DNA from: Candidatus Omnitrophota bacterium
GTDB taxonomy: Bacteria > Omnitrophota > Gorgyraeia > Duberdicusellales > 4484-171
DNA length: 64,000 nucleotides
Direction: 5' to 3'
NCBI GenBank assembly: GCA_021735105.1
Contig: JAIPHS010000001.1
Span: 5,484 to 69,483, forward strand
Position 1 is the stretch's first letter. Every line of letters begins with the position of its first letter. The notes below the pieces were generated by a model. It was given only the letters and a program-made list of their open reading frames with translations, had not been told where the DNA came from and did no database searches. A program made the translations under genes and the position numbers. Positions 29,001-38,885 of the stretch are shown in pieces.

Positions 29001-29015
29001 CAAATTTAATTATAG

Positions 29016-30248
29016 ATGAATAAAGTTGTTGTTACTAGTTGTGGGGTAGTTTCTCCGGTTGGAATAGGCAAAGTTGATTTTTGGGATGCTTTAACCAAGG
29101 GAAGAAGCGGAGTAGGGCCGATTACTCAATTTGATTCTGAGCAATTTGATAGTAAAATTGCTGGTGAGGTTAATGACTTTGATCCTACGACTTTTCTTTT
29201 GCCAAAGGAACAACGGCGAATCCCTCGATTTGTTCAATTTTCTCTTCAAGCCGCACAAGAAGCTATTGATCAAGCTGGAATTGACTTTGAAAAAATTAAT
29301 CCCTATCAAGTCGGGACTATCATTGGCTCAGGCATAGGCAGTCTTGAGACTGTAGAAAAAGAATACAAAGTGCTTTTGGAAAAAGGGCCGCGAAGGCTTT
29401 CTCCTTTTATGATTCCGAGGTTAATTACCAATGAAGCTGCAGGATATGTAGCTATCCGGTTTGGGCTAAAAGGCCCTAACCTCTGTACAGTTACCGCTTG
29501 TGCATCTGGAGCTCATGCTATTGGAGAAGCATATCGGGTTATTAAAGAAGGAAAAGCTAAAGTGATGGTTTGTGGAGGAACTGAGGCTTGTATAGTTCCT
29601 CTTGCTGTAGGTGGTTTTTGTGCTCTTAAGGCTTTGTCTAGGCGCAATGATGATCCAACTAAGGCTAGCCGCCCCTTTGACAAAGACAGGGATGGTTTTA
29701 TTATGGCAGAAGGAGCCGGTATAGTTATTTTAGAAGAAATGGAGCATGCTAAAAAAAGAGGAGCTAAAATTTACGGTGAACTTTCTGGATATGGAAGTAC
29801 TTGTGATGCCTATCATATTACGGCACCTAATCCAAATGGAGAATCTGCAGCTGAGGCAATGAAATCAGCTCTAGCTGAAGCTTCTTTTGACAAACATAAG
29901 CCTATTCATCTTAATACCCACGGTACAAGCACACTATTAAATGATAAAATGGAGACAAAAGCTATTAAATTAGTATTTGGTCAAAAACCCGAAAATTTAG
30001 CAATAAACTCTATAAAATCTATGCTTGGCCATACTTTAGGAGCGGCTGGAGCCATTGAGTTTATTAGTTGTTGTCTTACTTTAGAAAAAAGCGTGATTCC
30101 GCCTACCATAAATTACGAGTATTCCGACCCTGAGTGTGATCTAGATTATACTCCAAATCAAGCTCGAAAATTAGAGGTTGATGCCTGCCTTTCAAATTCT
30201 TTAGGATTCGGAGGCCATAATGCCTCTCTTTTAGTTGAGAAGATATAA
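29016..30248 (+). CDS. fabF: 3-oxoacyl-ACP synthase II
   Basis: 410 aa; 'VTACASGAH', 'HGTST', 'GHTLGAAG' Cys-His-His triad. Confidence 0.85.
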   Translation: MNKVVVTSCGVVSPVGIGKVDFWDALTKGRSGVGPITQFDSEQFDSKIAGEVNDFDPTTFLLPKEQRRIPRFVQFSLQAAQEAIDQAGIDFEKINPYQVGTIIGSGIGSLETVEKEYKVLLEKGPRRLSPFMIPRLITNEAAGYVAIRFGLKGPNLCTVTACASGAHAIGEAYRVIKEGKAKVMVCGGTEACIVPLAVGGFCALKALSRRNDDPTKASRPFDKDRDGFIMAEGAGIVILEEMEHAKKRGAKIYGELSGYGSTCDAYHITAPNPNGESAAEAMKSALAEASFDKHKPIHLNTHGTSTLLNDKMETKAIKLVFGQKPENLAINSIKSMLGHTLGAAGAIEFISCCLTLEKSVIPPTINYEYSDPECDLDYTPNQARKLEVDACLSNSLGFGGHNASLLVEKI

Positions 30249-30249
30249 G

Positions 30250-31569
30250 ATGGGTCTAACATTAATTGAAAAAATTTTAAAAAAGAAATCAATCAATAAA
30301 AGATTAGATAATTTTATCTATGCTAAGATTGATTTTTGTTTTGGCAACGATATAACAGCGCCTTTAGCTGCTAAAATATTTGAAAAAGCTAAGTTTAATT
30401 CTGTTTATAATCCTAGAAAGGTAGGATTTTTTTGTGATCATTTTGTGCCGGCTCGTGACCAAAAAGCGGCAAATAATGTGAAAAAATTAAAAGAGTTTGC
30501 GAAGAAATTTAAAATTAAAAATTTTTATGATACCAATACCTGCGGAATAGAACATGTTTTTTTACCGGAAAAAGGGTTAGTCAAAACTGGCGACCTAGTT
30601 ATTGGCGCTGATTCTCATACTTGTACTTATGGGGCCTTAGGAGCAGCAAGTTTTGGGATAGGTTCGACAGATTTAGCTGCCGCTATCAAAGAAGGAACTT
30701 GTTGGTTTAGGAAACCTGAAACTATTAAATTTGTCTATTCAGGCAAAATTCCTCAATGGTTTACCGGTAAAGATTTAATCCTTTATACTATAGGCAAAAT
30801 AGGAGTAAGCGGAGCGCTTTATAAAGTTATGGAATTTGGAGGGCCTGTGATTAGAGCTTTGGGGATGGAAGATAGGTTTACTATCTGTAACATGGCGATA
30901 GAAGCTGGCGCTCAAACTGGAATAATTGAACCTGACAAAAAAACTGTTAAATTTATAAAAAAGGTAAATCCCCGTATAAAAAAGGTGCCATTGATTAAAA
31001 GTGATAAAGATGCAAATTATTATAAAGTTATGAAGTTCGATATCTCTTTGCTAAAACCCCAAATCGCTTGTCCTCATTTGCCTAGTAATGTAGTAGATGT
31101 GGATAAGTTGAAAAAAGTAAGTTTAGATCAAGTTGTTATTGGATCTTGCACAAATGGGCGTCTTAAGGATTTAGGCCAAGCCGCAGAGGCATTAAAAGGA
31201 AAAACAATTAAAAAAGGCTTAAGGGCTATTGTTATTCCAGGTTCTCATAAGGTTTATGGCCAGGCTTTCAAAAAAGGTTATCTAGATATTTTTCATAAAG
31301 CAGGTTTTATGGTTTCTCCGCCCACTTGCGGGCCTTGTTTAGGAGGCCACACCGGTATTTTAGATAAGGGCGAAGTTGCTCTTGCTACAACTAATAGGAA
31401 TTTTATTGGACGGATGGGGCATCCGGAAAGTTTTGTTTATCTGTCTAATCCAGCGGTAGCTGCGGCAAGCAGTATTACCGGTAAAATCACCCATCCCGCA
31501 GAAATTGTTAAGAAGGTACCGATGGATGAAAGACGAAGGATGAAAGGACGAAGGCGTCTGTCGTCTTAG
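30250..31569 (+). CDS. leuC: aconitase-family dehydratase large subunit (archaeal-type 3-isopropylmalate/homoaconitate dehydratase LeuC-like) with about 16 aa C-terminal read-through extension
   Basis: about 440 aa; 'GADSHTCTYGALGA', Cys ligands 'GSCTNGR' and 'PTCGPCLGGH'. The tail 'PMDERRRMKGRRRLSS' is encoded by the GC-rich repeat element 31524-31645 and is atypical for the family. Confidence 0.75.
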   Translation: MGLTLIEKILKKKSINKRLDNFIYAKIDFCFGNDITAPLAAKIFEKAKFNSVYNPRKVGFFCDHFVPARDQKAANNVKKLKEFAKKFKIKNFYDTNTCGIEHVFLPEKGLVKTGDLVIGADSHTCTYGALGAASFGIGSTDLAAAIKEGTCWFRKPETIKFVYSGKIPQWFTGKDLILYTIGKIGVSGALYKVMEFGGPVIRALGMEDRFTICNMAIEAGAQTGIIEPDKKTVKFIKKVNPRIKKVPLIKSDKDANYYKVMKFDISLLKPQIACPHLPSNVVDVDKLKKVSLDQVVIGSCTNGRLKDLGQAAEALKGKTIKKGLRAIVIPGSHKVYGQAFKKGYLDIFHKAGFMVSPPTCGPCLGGHTGILDKGEVALATTNRNFIGRMGHPESFVYLSNPAVAAASSITGKITHPAEIVKKVPMDERRRMKGRRRLSS

Positions 31570-31645
31570 CGAAGGCCTTCGACTTGGCTCAGGCCGAGTC
31601 CTGAGTAGTATCAAAGGGAGAAGCGATTGTCTATCGTCCCTCGGA
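31524..31645 (+). repeat. GC-rich repeat/hairpin element inserted between leuC and leuD
   Basis: 8-nt tandem units (gatgaaag/gacgaagg x2). Perfect palindrome cgaaggccttcg; hairpins gacga..tcgtc and ctcagg..cctgag. GC content far above the local background. Shares ggctcag and gccgagt heptamers with the purF-purM GC island. Confidence 0.5.
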
Positions 31646-31660
31646 ATGAGGTTACAAACT

Positions 31661-32161
31661 ATGGTTATTAAAGGTAGAGTTCATAAATTAGGCAAAGATG
31701 TAAATACCGACGATATTATTGCTGCTAAATATTTAGACTCGCAAGATTCTAAATTTTTAGGTTCTAAGTGCATGGAAAATATTGACCCTCAATTTTCCAA
31801 GCGGGTAAAAAAGGGTGATATTATTGTAGCCGGGGAAAACTTTGGTTGTGGTTCTTCACGAGAACATGCACCGGTCGCGATTAAAGGTTGCGGGATTTCT
31901 TTAGTTATAGCAAAAAGCTTTGCCAGGATTTTTTTTCGTAATGCTATTAATATTGGTTTACCAATTATAGAATTAACGGATATAGAAAAAATTAAAACAG
32001 GCAACTTGCTTAAAGTTGATTTGGCTAAAGGGTTGATTATAAATAAGAGAAAAAATGAAAATTTTTCCACAAAGTCATTTCCTCAATTTTTACAAAAAAT
32101 TATAGCAAAAGGCGGGCTTATAAATTGGCTAAAAGATAAAAAAGGAGATAAAAATGTTTAA
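31661..32161 (+). CDS. leuD: aconitase-family dehydratase small subunit (LeuD-like, archaeal short type)
   Basis: Start set at 'MVIKGRVHKLGKDVNTDDIIAAKYL' (typical LeuD N-terminus) with GAGG RBS 9 nt upstream. The ORF-track start at 31646 lies inside the repeat element. Confidence 0.75.
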   Translation: MVIKGRVHKLGKDVNTDDIIAAKYLDSQDSKFLGSKCMENIDPQFSKRVKKGDIIVAGENFGCGSSREHAPVAIKGCGISLVIAKSFARIFFRNAINIGLPIIELTDIEKIKTGNLLKVDLAKGLIINKRKNENFSTKSFPQFLQKIIAKGGLINWLKDKKGDKNV

Positions 32162-33221
32162 AAAGTATAAAATTGCAACAATCGGAGGAGACGGTACAGG
32201 GCCCGAAGCAGTAAAAGAAGGCTTAAAAGTATTAGCAGCAGTTTCTGATAAATATAAAATTGATTATGAAACTGTAGATTATGATTTTGGCGGCAAAAGG
32301 TTTTTAGATACAGGGGAAATTTTGCCGGATTCTGCTATAGATGAACTAAAGAGTTTTGATGCTATATATTTAGGGGCAATAGGGCATCCTGATGTAGAGC
32401 CGGGGATTCTAGAGAAAGGTATTTTATTGCGGCTTCGCTTTGAGCTTGATCAGTATATTAATCTAAGGCCGGTTGTTCTATATGATAAGAAGTATTGCCC
32501 TTTAAATCTAGGCCAAGATCAAAAAATTAATTTTACAGTAGTTAGGGAAAACACAGAAGGCCTTTATTGTGGAGCCGGCGGGTTTTTACGTAAAGGCAGT
32601 GTTGATGAGGTTGCAATTCAAGAAAGTATTAATTCTTATAAAGGAATAGAGCGCTGCATAAGGTATGCTTTTGAATATACAAAGAAGGTAAATAGAGAAA
32701 AAAAGCTTACTCTTTGCGGAAAAACTAATGTTTTAACTTATGTTTTTTCACTTTGGCAGAGGGTGTTTAATAAGGTCGCAAAAGAATATCCTGAAATAAA
32801 AACCGATTATGCTCATGTTGACGCAACTTGTATGTGGATGGTTAAAAACCCTGAATGGTTTGATGTAATTGTTACCGATAATATGTTTGGAGATATAATA
32901 ACTGACTTGGGTGCAATGATTCAAGGCGGCATGGGAATAGCTGCCGGAGGCAATATTAATCCTCAAGGAGTTAGTATGTTTGAGCCAATTGGAGGCAGTG
33001 CTCCTAAATATACCGGTAAGAATGTGATAAATCCTTTAGCTGCAATATGTGCAATTTCGATGTTGCTTAATCAAATTGGCCAAGAGCAAGCTGCTAAAGC
33101 AGTTGAAAGTTCAGTAGTGAAAATTGTAAAAGAAAAGCTCAAATCTTTAGGAGCAGGAAGAATGGGATACTCAACCTCTGAAGTTGGCGATTTAGTTGTG
33201 AAAGAGATAATTGATAAATGA
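32154..33221 (+). CDS. leuB: 3-isopropylmalate dehydrogenase family (isocitrate/isopropylmalate DH fold)
   Basis: 355 aa; '[12 protein letters not shown]', 'NLRP', '[11 protein letters not shown]', 'GSAPKY' beta-decarboxylating dehydrogenase motifs. Substrate specificity cannot be decided by eye. Confidence 0.65.
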   Translation: MFKKYKIATIGGDGTGPEAVKEGLKVLAAVSDKYKIDYETVDYDFGGKRFLDTGEILPDSAIDELKSFDAIYLGAIGHPDVEPGILEKGILLRLRFELDQYINLRPVVLYDKKYCPLNLGQDQKINFTVVRENTEGLYCGAGGFLRKGSVDEVAIQESINSYKGIERCIRYAFEYTKKVNREKKLTLCGKTNVLTYVFSLWQRVFNKVAKEYPEIKTDYAHVDATCMWMVKNPEWFDVIVTDNMFGDIITDLGAMIQGGMGIAAGGNINPQGVSMFEPIGGSAPKYTGKNVINPLAAICAISMLLNQIGQEQAAKAVESSVVKIVKEKLKSLGAGRMGYSTSEVGDLVVKEIIDK

Positions 33222-33252
33222 TAATTGATAAATAAGGAGAAAGATTTAAGGT

Positions 33253-34278
33253 ATGGGGAAGAACGTAGCAGTTGTTGGCGTAGGAGCAGTAGGAATTGAA
33301 ATATTGAAAATTTTAAAAGAAAGAGAGTTTCCTGCTGATAAGATAAGGATTTTTGCTCGGACCAGCCGAGAAATTGAACTAGATAACCAAACCTATCAAG
33401 TTGAGGCTATAGACGAAGAAAATTTTGACAATATTGACATTGCTCTTTTCGCTGGGACCGAAGGAGAGAAGGGAGCAAGTGTTCAATATGCGCACAAATT
33501 TATAGAAAAAGGTGCCGTGGTAATTGATAATGGCAAGGATTTTCGCCTCCAGGAAAATGTACCTTTGGTAGTACCTGAAGTTAATAAAGATAAAATTTCT
33601 TTTAATCAAGGGCTTATTGCTAATCCAAATTGCACTACAATCCAGATGGTTGTAGCTTTAGGGCAAATATTTAAAAACTTTGGTTTAGATAAAATAATTA
33701 TGACTAGTCTTCAGGCAACTAGCGGCGGAGGGCGCAGCTCGGCCCAATCTCTTTGGGATGAAACTAAATATATTGTAGAAAAAAATAAAGATAAGAAATA
33801 TTTTTCTCAAATAAATAAAGATAGAGACGACATCAAAAGCAGCTTTGCAAACCAGATAGCCTTTAATGCGATACCTCAGATTGGCGGGTTTAACCAAGAC
33901 GGATTTACCGGAGAAGAGCAAAAAGTTATTGATGAAACCCATAAAATCTACGGAAATAATAAAATTGAAATATCTGCTACTTGTATACGTATTCCAGTAT
34001 TTACATCACATTCAGAATCTATCTATTTTAAAACCAGCCAGTCAACAGATTTAGAACAGTTAAAAAAAGTTTTAAATGGCTCTGAGGGGGTTGTTTTTTT
34101 TGATGATTGTTCTAACTATCCTCTTGCTTTAGGCGCAGAAGGCAAAGATTCTGTTTATCTGGGAAGATTACGGTGTGATCCCAGTCAAGAAAATAGTTTT
34201 TGGCTCTGGGCTGTTTCAGATAATTTGCGTAAAGGCGCGGCGCTTAACGCGGTTCAAATTGCCGAAAACCTGCTCTAG
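33253..34278 (+). CDS. asd: aspartate-semialdehyde dehydrogenase
   Basis: 341 aa; Rossmann 'VAVVGVGAVG', catalytic Cys 'NPNCTTIQ', 'SDNLRKGAA'. Confidence 0.8.
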   Translation: MGKNVAVVGVGAVGIEILKILKEREFPADKIRIFARTSREIELDNQTYQVEAIDEENFDNIDIALFAGTEGEKGASVQYAHKFIEKGAVVIDNGKDFRLQENVPLVVPEVNKDKISFNQGLIANPNCTTIQMVVALGQIFKNFGLDKIIMTSLQATSGGGRSSAQSLWDETKYIVEKNKDKKYFSQINKDRDDIKSSFANQIAFNAIPQIGGFNQDGFTGEEQKVIDETHKIYGNNKIEISATCIRIPVFTSHSESIYFKTSQSTDLEQLKKVLNGSEGVVFFDDCSNYPLALGAEGKDSVYLGRLRCDPSQENSFWLWAVSDNLRKGAALNAVQIAENLL

Positions 34279-34282
34279 CAGA

Positions 34283-34444
34283 GGGGACGGTCCTTATCCT
34301 TGTAAGTCTTTTATCTATAATTACTTATGAAAAAAATAAAATTACTATAATTCAATAAAGATAAAACGCTGTGTGTTTATTTAGAAAATATTATTTTTAT
34401 AACTTGTTGAGGAGTAATTAATTAAAAAGGTAAGGACTGTCCCC
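34283..34444 (+). repeat. AT-rich spacer bracketed by a 16-17 bp long-range inverted repeat (ggggacggtccttatcc / ggtaaggactgtcccc)
   Basis: Left arm 34283-34299, right arm 34429-34444. They can pair as 16 bp with two G-U wobbles. The right arm contains the AAGGA RBS of truA (ATG 34447). Confidence 0.5.
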
Positions 34445-34446
34445 GT

Positions 34447-35196
34447 ATGGAAAAGAATATTTTTTTTGAGATAGAATATGTAGGAACTAATTATTTTGGG
34501 TTTCAGGTTCAGAATAAAGAAAATAAAAAAGAAGTAACTATTCAAAGTATTTTTGAAAAAGTTTTATCTAAACTTTTTTGTCAATCAATAAAAATTAATG
34601 CTTCAGGAAGGACTGATCGAGGTGTTCATGCTAAAGCTCATCCCTTAAATTTTAAAGTTAATACGGAGATACCTTTAAAAAATATAAAGAAAGCGATAAA
34701 TTCTTTTTTACCTTCAGACATAAGAGTAAAAAAAGTTAAATTAGTAGCTCTAGATTTTCATAGTCGATTTAGTGCAAAATCAAAAATCTATCGTTATATT
34801 ATTTTAAATCAAAAAGAATTTTCTGTTTTCTGGTCTAAATTTTCTTGGCATTTTGCCAAACAATTAAATATAGGCTTGATGCGCCAAGCTGGAGAAAAGT
34901 TAATCGGGCTAAAGGATTTTTATATTTTTACTAAAGAGACTAAAAAATATAGGAATTGTGTGCGAAATTTAAAAAAAATATCTATAAATAAGAAAAGAAA
35001 TTTTATTTATATAGACATAGAGGCAAATGGTTTTTTGTATCAGATGGCCAGAAATATAGTTTATTTCTTAACTGATGTTGGCAGTAAAAAAATTACTATA
35101 AACCAAATAGAGGGTATTCTATCACGAAAAATTAAATTTATAAAAAAACCTGCTCCTTCTTGGGGCCTTTATCTTAAGCAGGTTAAATATCAATAA
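34447..35196 (+). CDS. truA: tRNA pseudouridine(38-40) synthase
   Basis: 249 aa; 'ASGRTDRGVHA' catalytic Asp motif. Confidence 0.8.
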   Translation: MEKNIFFEIEYVGTNYFGFQVQNKENKKEVTIQSIFEKVLSKLFCQSIKINASGRTDRGVHAKAHPLNFKVNTEIPLKNIKKAINSFLPSDIRVKKVKLVALDFHSRFSAKSKIYRYIILNQKEFSVFWSKFSWHFAKQLNIGLMRQAGEKLIGLKDFYIFTKETKKYRNCVRNLKKISINKKRNFIYIDIEANGFLYQMARNIVYFLTDVGSKKITINQIEGILSRKIKFIKKPAPSWGLYLKQVKYQ

Positions 35197-35224
35197 GCAT
35201 TTGGCTAGATTTTTTTCTTCTCTA

Positions 35225-35233
35225 TGGTATAAT
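35225..35233 (+). promoter_or_regulatory. extended -10 promoter element TGGTATAAT, 8 nt upstream of the ATG (probable leaderless/near-leaderless transcript)
   Basis: TGGTATAAT at 35225-35233; lipoprotein gene ATG at 35242; same geometry as the queF upstream element at 3674-3682. Confidence 0.4.
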
Positions 35234-35241
35234 TTTTATTT

Positions 35242-35724
35242 ATGAAAAAAAGAATTTTATATATTTTTTTATTAGTAATTTTAGCCTTAAATAGTGGTTG
35301 CCATTCCTTGCGCAAAAAATTTATCCGTAAAAAAGATAAAAAAGAGGTGCCGGTTTATATAACTGCTAAGGAATATCCTGATAAGCCTACTCGTGATATC
35401 TATATTGATTATTGTCTTTATACCAAGGGATGGCTAGGGGAATTAATTAAGGCGTTACGTAAAGGAATAAGTTATAAGCGTCAAAGATATGCAATAAGTG
35501 AGGCGATAATGAACTTAGAGCAAATAATTTCTTTTTTTAATCAAAAAGGAAAAGAAAATATAGAATCTTTATATCAAAAACTTCAGCAAATACAAGCTGA
35601 AATCAAACGAGCTCCTAATTTAAGCCGGATCAAAAGAGATTCTCTTATTCGTAAAATTTCAAGGATTAAGAGAGATTTTGATTCTAATTATACCTATACT
35701 GATGTAGAAGAATGGTTAAATTAG
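35242..35724 (+). CDS. hypothetical lipoprotein
   Basis: 160 aa; signal peptide plus lipobox 'LALNSGC'; basic, helical remainder; no recognisable family. Confidence 0.5.
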   Translation: MKKRILYIFLLVILALNSGCHSLRKKFIRKKDKKEVPVYITAKEYPDKPTRDIYIDYCLYTKGWLGELIKALRKGISYKRQRYAISEAIMNLEQIISFFNQKGKENIESLYQKLQQIQAEIKRAPNLSRIKRDSLIRKISRIKRDFDSNYTYTDVEEWLN

Positions 35725-36326
35725 ATTTAAAGGTTTTTCCTTCTGGGCCGCTGGATACAAATAACTATCTTCTTTTTAATAAGCAATCCAGGAAAGCATG
35801 TATTATTGATCTTTCCTCGTCTTCCGGCCAATTGTTTGATTTTCTTAGAAAAGAGAAAATAAAAGTTGATTTTGTGCTTTTAACTCACGCTCATTTTGAT
35901 CATATTGGTGGGTTAAGAAATACCGATTTTCCTTTTTATCTTCATAAAAAAGATCTTGTGTTGCTTTCGGATCCTGAAAAAAATGGTTCTTTTTTCTTTA
36001 CTGATCTTATAGCTGTAGAAAGAAAACCGCATATTTATAAAGAGAGCTTAAATTTTTCTGGCTTAAAGATTGACGTAATCCATACTCCCGGCCACACCCC
36101 AGGATCAGTTTCGTTAAAATTAGATAATTGGCTTTTTAGCGGAGATACGCTTTTTCGTCAAGCCATAGGCCGTACAGATATTCCTTTAGCTTCCGGAGAA
36201 GAGTTGATCAAATCAATTAAAGAGAAAATATTAATTTTACCTAATGAAACTATAGTTTATCCCGGCCATGGTCCTAGCACGATTTTGGGGCAGGAAAAAG
36301 AAACCAATTCCTTTTTAGTCATTTGA
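35712..36326 (+). CDS. metallo-beta-lactamase fold hydrolase (glyoxalase II-like)
   Basis: 204 aa; 'LLTHAHFDHIGG' (HxHxDH), 'HTPGHTPGS', 'GHG'. Confidence 0.7.
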   Translation: MVKLDLKVFPSGPLDTNNYLLFNKQSRKACIIDLSSSSGQLFDFLRKEKIKVDFVLLTHAHFDHIGGLRNTDFPFYLHKKDLVLLSDPEKNGSFFFTDLIAVERKPHIYKESLNFSGLKIDVIHTPGHTPGSVSLKLDNWLFSGDTLFRQAIGRTDIPLASGEELIKSIKEKILILPNETIVYPGHGPSTILGQEKETNSFLVI

Positions 36327-36355
36327 AATTATTTAATGATTTGGATTTATAATTT

Positions 36356-37246
36356 ATGGATACCTACATTGAAGCATTTTTTGATTATCTAAGCGTAGAA
36401 AGAGGCTTAGCTTTAAACTCTATAAAGTCATACAAGACAGATTTAAATAAATATAAAAATTATCTAGATAAATTGGGTAGAGATAATCCAAGAAAGGTAA
36501 AAAGGGAAGATATTTCTGAGTTTATCTTTTCGCTGCGAAGTTCACTTTCTATTGGGACCATTTCACGGATACTTTCATCAGTTAAAAATTTTTATCAATT
36601 TTTATTGCGGGAAAAAATAATATCTCATGATCCTTCTAGTTTAATAGAATCACCAAAACTAGAGAAAAAAATACCTTCATTTTTAACATCTCAAGAGGTT
36701 ATTATGGTTCTTAAGGCACCAAACTTAAAAAATAATAGAGGTATAAGAGCTAGGGCAATTTTAGAAGTAATGTATGCAACTGGTTTGAGAGTCTCTGAAT
36801 TAGTTGACTTAAAAACACAGCATGTTAATTTAGAGGTAGGCTTTGTTAAATGTAAAGGTAAAGGTTCTAAGGAGCGGATTGTTCCTTTAGGTAATACTGC
36901 TAATCATTTTATTAAAAAGTATAAACAGCAAGCAAGGCCTGGTTTATTAAAAGAAAAAGAATCTGTTTTTTTGTTTCTTGCTCAAGGCGGCCATAAATTG
37001 AGCCGGCAAACTGTCTGGAAGATCATTAAAACCATGGTAAAAAAAGCAAAAATAAAAAAGAAGGTAAGCCCGCACACCTTAAGGCACTCTTTTGCTACTC
37101 ATCTTATCGAGGGTGGAGCGGATTTACGGAGTGTCCAAGAGATGTTAGGCCATGCGAATATAACTACAACTCAAATTTATACTCATGTTAATCAAAAAAG
37201 ATTAAAAGAAATTTATAACCAATTTCATCCCAGGTCAAAAAAATAA
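36356..37246 (+). CDS. tyrosine site-specific recombinase XerC/XerD family
   Basis: 296 aa; 'ATGLRVSEL', 'HTLRHSFATHL', 'LGHANITTTQIYTHV' (R..HxxR..Y catalytic set). Confidence 0.75.
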   Translation: MDTYIEAFFDYLSVERGLALNSIKSYKTDLNKYKNYLDKLGRDNPRKVKREDISEFIFSLRSSLSIGTISRILSSVKNFYQFLLREKIISHDPSSLIESPKLEKKIPSFLTSQEVIMVLKAPNLKNNRGIRARAILEVMYATGLRVSELVDLKTQHVNLEVGFVKCKGKGSKERIVPLGNTANHFIKKYKQQARPGLLKEKESVFLFLAQGGHKLSRQTVWKIIKTMVKKAKIKKKVSPHTLRHSFATHLIEGGADLRSVQEMLGHANITTTQIYTHVNQKRLKEIYNQFHPRSKK

Positions 37247-37260
37247 GGATAATTATTGTA

Positions 37261-38529
37261 ATGGTTAACAAATTGAAAAGATTAAATCCTCAATTCAAAA
37301 ATTTTTTAAAAACTTCATCAAAATCAGCGAAACGATTTGGCTATAATATTTATTTAGTTGGAGGGGCAGTAAGAGACCTATTACTTAATCGGCCGGTATT
37401 TGACTTGGATATAGCAGTTGAAGGTGATGCTATACTGCTTGTTAGGCAGATAGCAAAACAGCTAAACGAAAAATTTCGCCGGCATCATAGTTTTGGTACA
37501 GCAACTTTATATCATCATGGGCATAAAATAGATTTTGCTACAGCCCGTAAAGAGATATATCCTTATTCCGGTTCATTACCTAAAGTTAAAAAATCTTTTT
37601 TGAAAGAAGATTTAGCCAGAAGAGATTTTTCTATAAACGCAATGGCAATAAGTTTAAATAAAAAAAATTATGGCCAGTTGATTGATTTCTATCAAGGCCG
37701 CCAAGATTTAAAAAATAGATTAATTCGAATATTATATCCAGAGAGTTTTTTAGATGATTCTTTGCGAATATTACGTGCTGTTAGGTTTCAGCAGCGTTTT
37801 ACTTTTAAAATAGAGACAAAGACCTATGCATTCATGAAACAGGCTATTGGTGCAGGAGCCTTAAAATGGATTAATCCTCACCGCCTTAGAGATGAATTAA
37901 TTCTTTTTTTAGATGAACCTAATCCTTATAGGTATATAAAGAAGTTTTATTTGCTTGAGAGGTTTAATTTTATAAATAAACGGATAAAATTAGATAAAGA
38001 GGATTTTAAATTTTTCATCCGAGCTCAAACTGCAATTAGATTTTACAATAAATTAGTTAAAAACGAAAAAAAAGTTAAATATTGGTTAATATTTTTAACC
38101 GGTATTTTGTTAAATCTATCTAACCATGAAGCCGTTGAAGTAGTTGCTAAGTTTGGCTTTAAAAAAGACGAAAGGTCAACTATTATTTCAATCAAAAAAG
38201 GTTTAGATAAGATAAAAAAATTAGATAAAAAGCTAAAAGCGAGTGCCATTTATAAGATTTTAAGCGGTTATAATCAAGAGGCAATAATCTTTTTTTATGC
38301 ATATTTTTCTAGAAAAAAAATACGCAGTAATATAATATTTTTTCTAAAAAAAGTATCCGGTCAAAAGCTAAAGATAAAAGGAAAAGATTTACAAAAGATT
38401 GGAGTTGAATCATCATCCTTTATGGGGGAAATGTTAAAGGAGATATTTTATTTGAAGTTAGATAAGAACTTAAATACTAAACGTCAAGAATTAAATGAAG
38501 CCAGGAATATAATTAAAAAAGGTGGATAA
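37261..38529 (+). CDS. class II nucleotidyltransferase of the CCA-adding / poly(A) polymerase family, no HD domain
   Basis: 422 aa; 'LVGGAVRDLLL', 'DLDIAV', 'RRDFSINAMA' head domain. It has no HD motif, unlike the 19251-20690 paralog. Confidence 0.65.
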   Translation: MVNKLKRLNPQFKNFLKTSSKSAKRFGYNIYLVGGAVRDLLLNRPVFDLDIAVEGDAILLVRQIAKQLNEKFRRHHSFGTATLYHHGHKIDFATARKEIYPYSGSLPKVKKSFLKEDLARRDFSINAMAISLNKKNYGQLIDFYQGRQDLKNRLIRILYPESFLDDSLRILRAVRFQQRFTFKIETKTYAFMKQAIGAGALKWINPHRLRDELILFLDEPNPYRYIKKFYLLERFNFINKRIKLDKEDFKFFIRAQTAIRFYNKLVKNEKKVKYWLIFLTGILLNLSNHEAVEVVAKFGFKKDERSTIISIKKGLDKIKKLDKKLKASAIYKILSGYNQEAIIFFYAYFSRKKIRSNIIFFLKKVSGQKLKIKGKDLQKIGVESSSFMGEMLKEIFYLKLDKNLNTKRQELNEARNIIKKGG

Positions 38530-38531
38530 AT

Positions 38532-38885
38532 ATGTCAATAAGAATTGATAAAATCAATACGGAAATACGCAGACAGCTTATGAAGATAATTCAAGAGGAG
38601 ATTGATGATCCAAATATAGGATTAGTAACTATAACCAAAGTAGACACCAAATCTGACCTAGAAGAAGCAAAAATTTATTTTAGTCTTTTGGATCAGAAAA
38701 AATATGAAAAAGTAAAGAAAGTATTAAATCAAATGAAGAGTTTTATTAAAGTGATTTTAGCAAAAAGAATAAGGTTAAAGAAAACACCCGAATTAGTATT
38801 TCAACTAGACAAATCAATAAAATATAGTTTAGATATTTATCAAAAGATAGAGGAGCTAAAGGATGAGGAAAACAAAAATAAATAA
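38532..38885 (+). CDS. rbfA: ribosome-binding factor A
   Basis: 117 aa; 'RIDKINTEIRRQL...VTITKVDTKSDLEEAKIYFS' RbfA KH-like fold. Confidence 0.8.
   Translation: MSIRIDKINTEIRRQLMKIIQEEIDDPNIGLVTITKVDTKSDLEEAKIYFSLLDQKKYEKVKKVLNQMKSFIKVILAKRIRLKKTPELVFQLDKSIKYSLDIYQKIEELKDEENKNK

Noticed and set aside
31548-31600. Hammerhead or other small self-cleaving ribozyme in the leuC-leuD GC island
   Set aside because: A CUGAGUAG string superficially resembles the hammerhead CUGANGA box. The required G8/A9 and a GAAA partner in the correct helical context are not present, so I cannot build the three-way junction.
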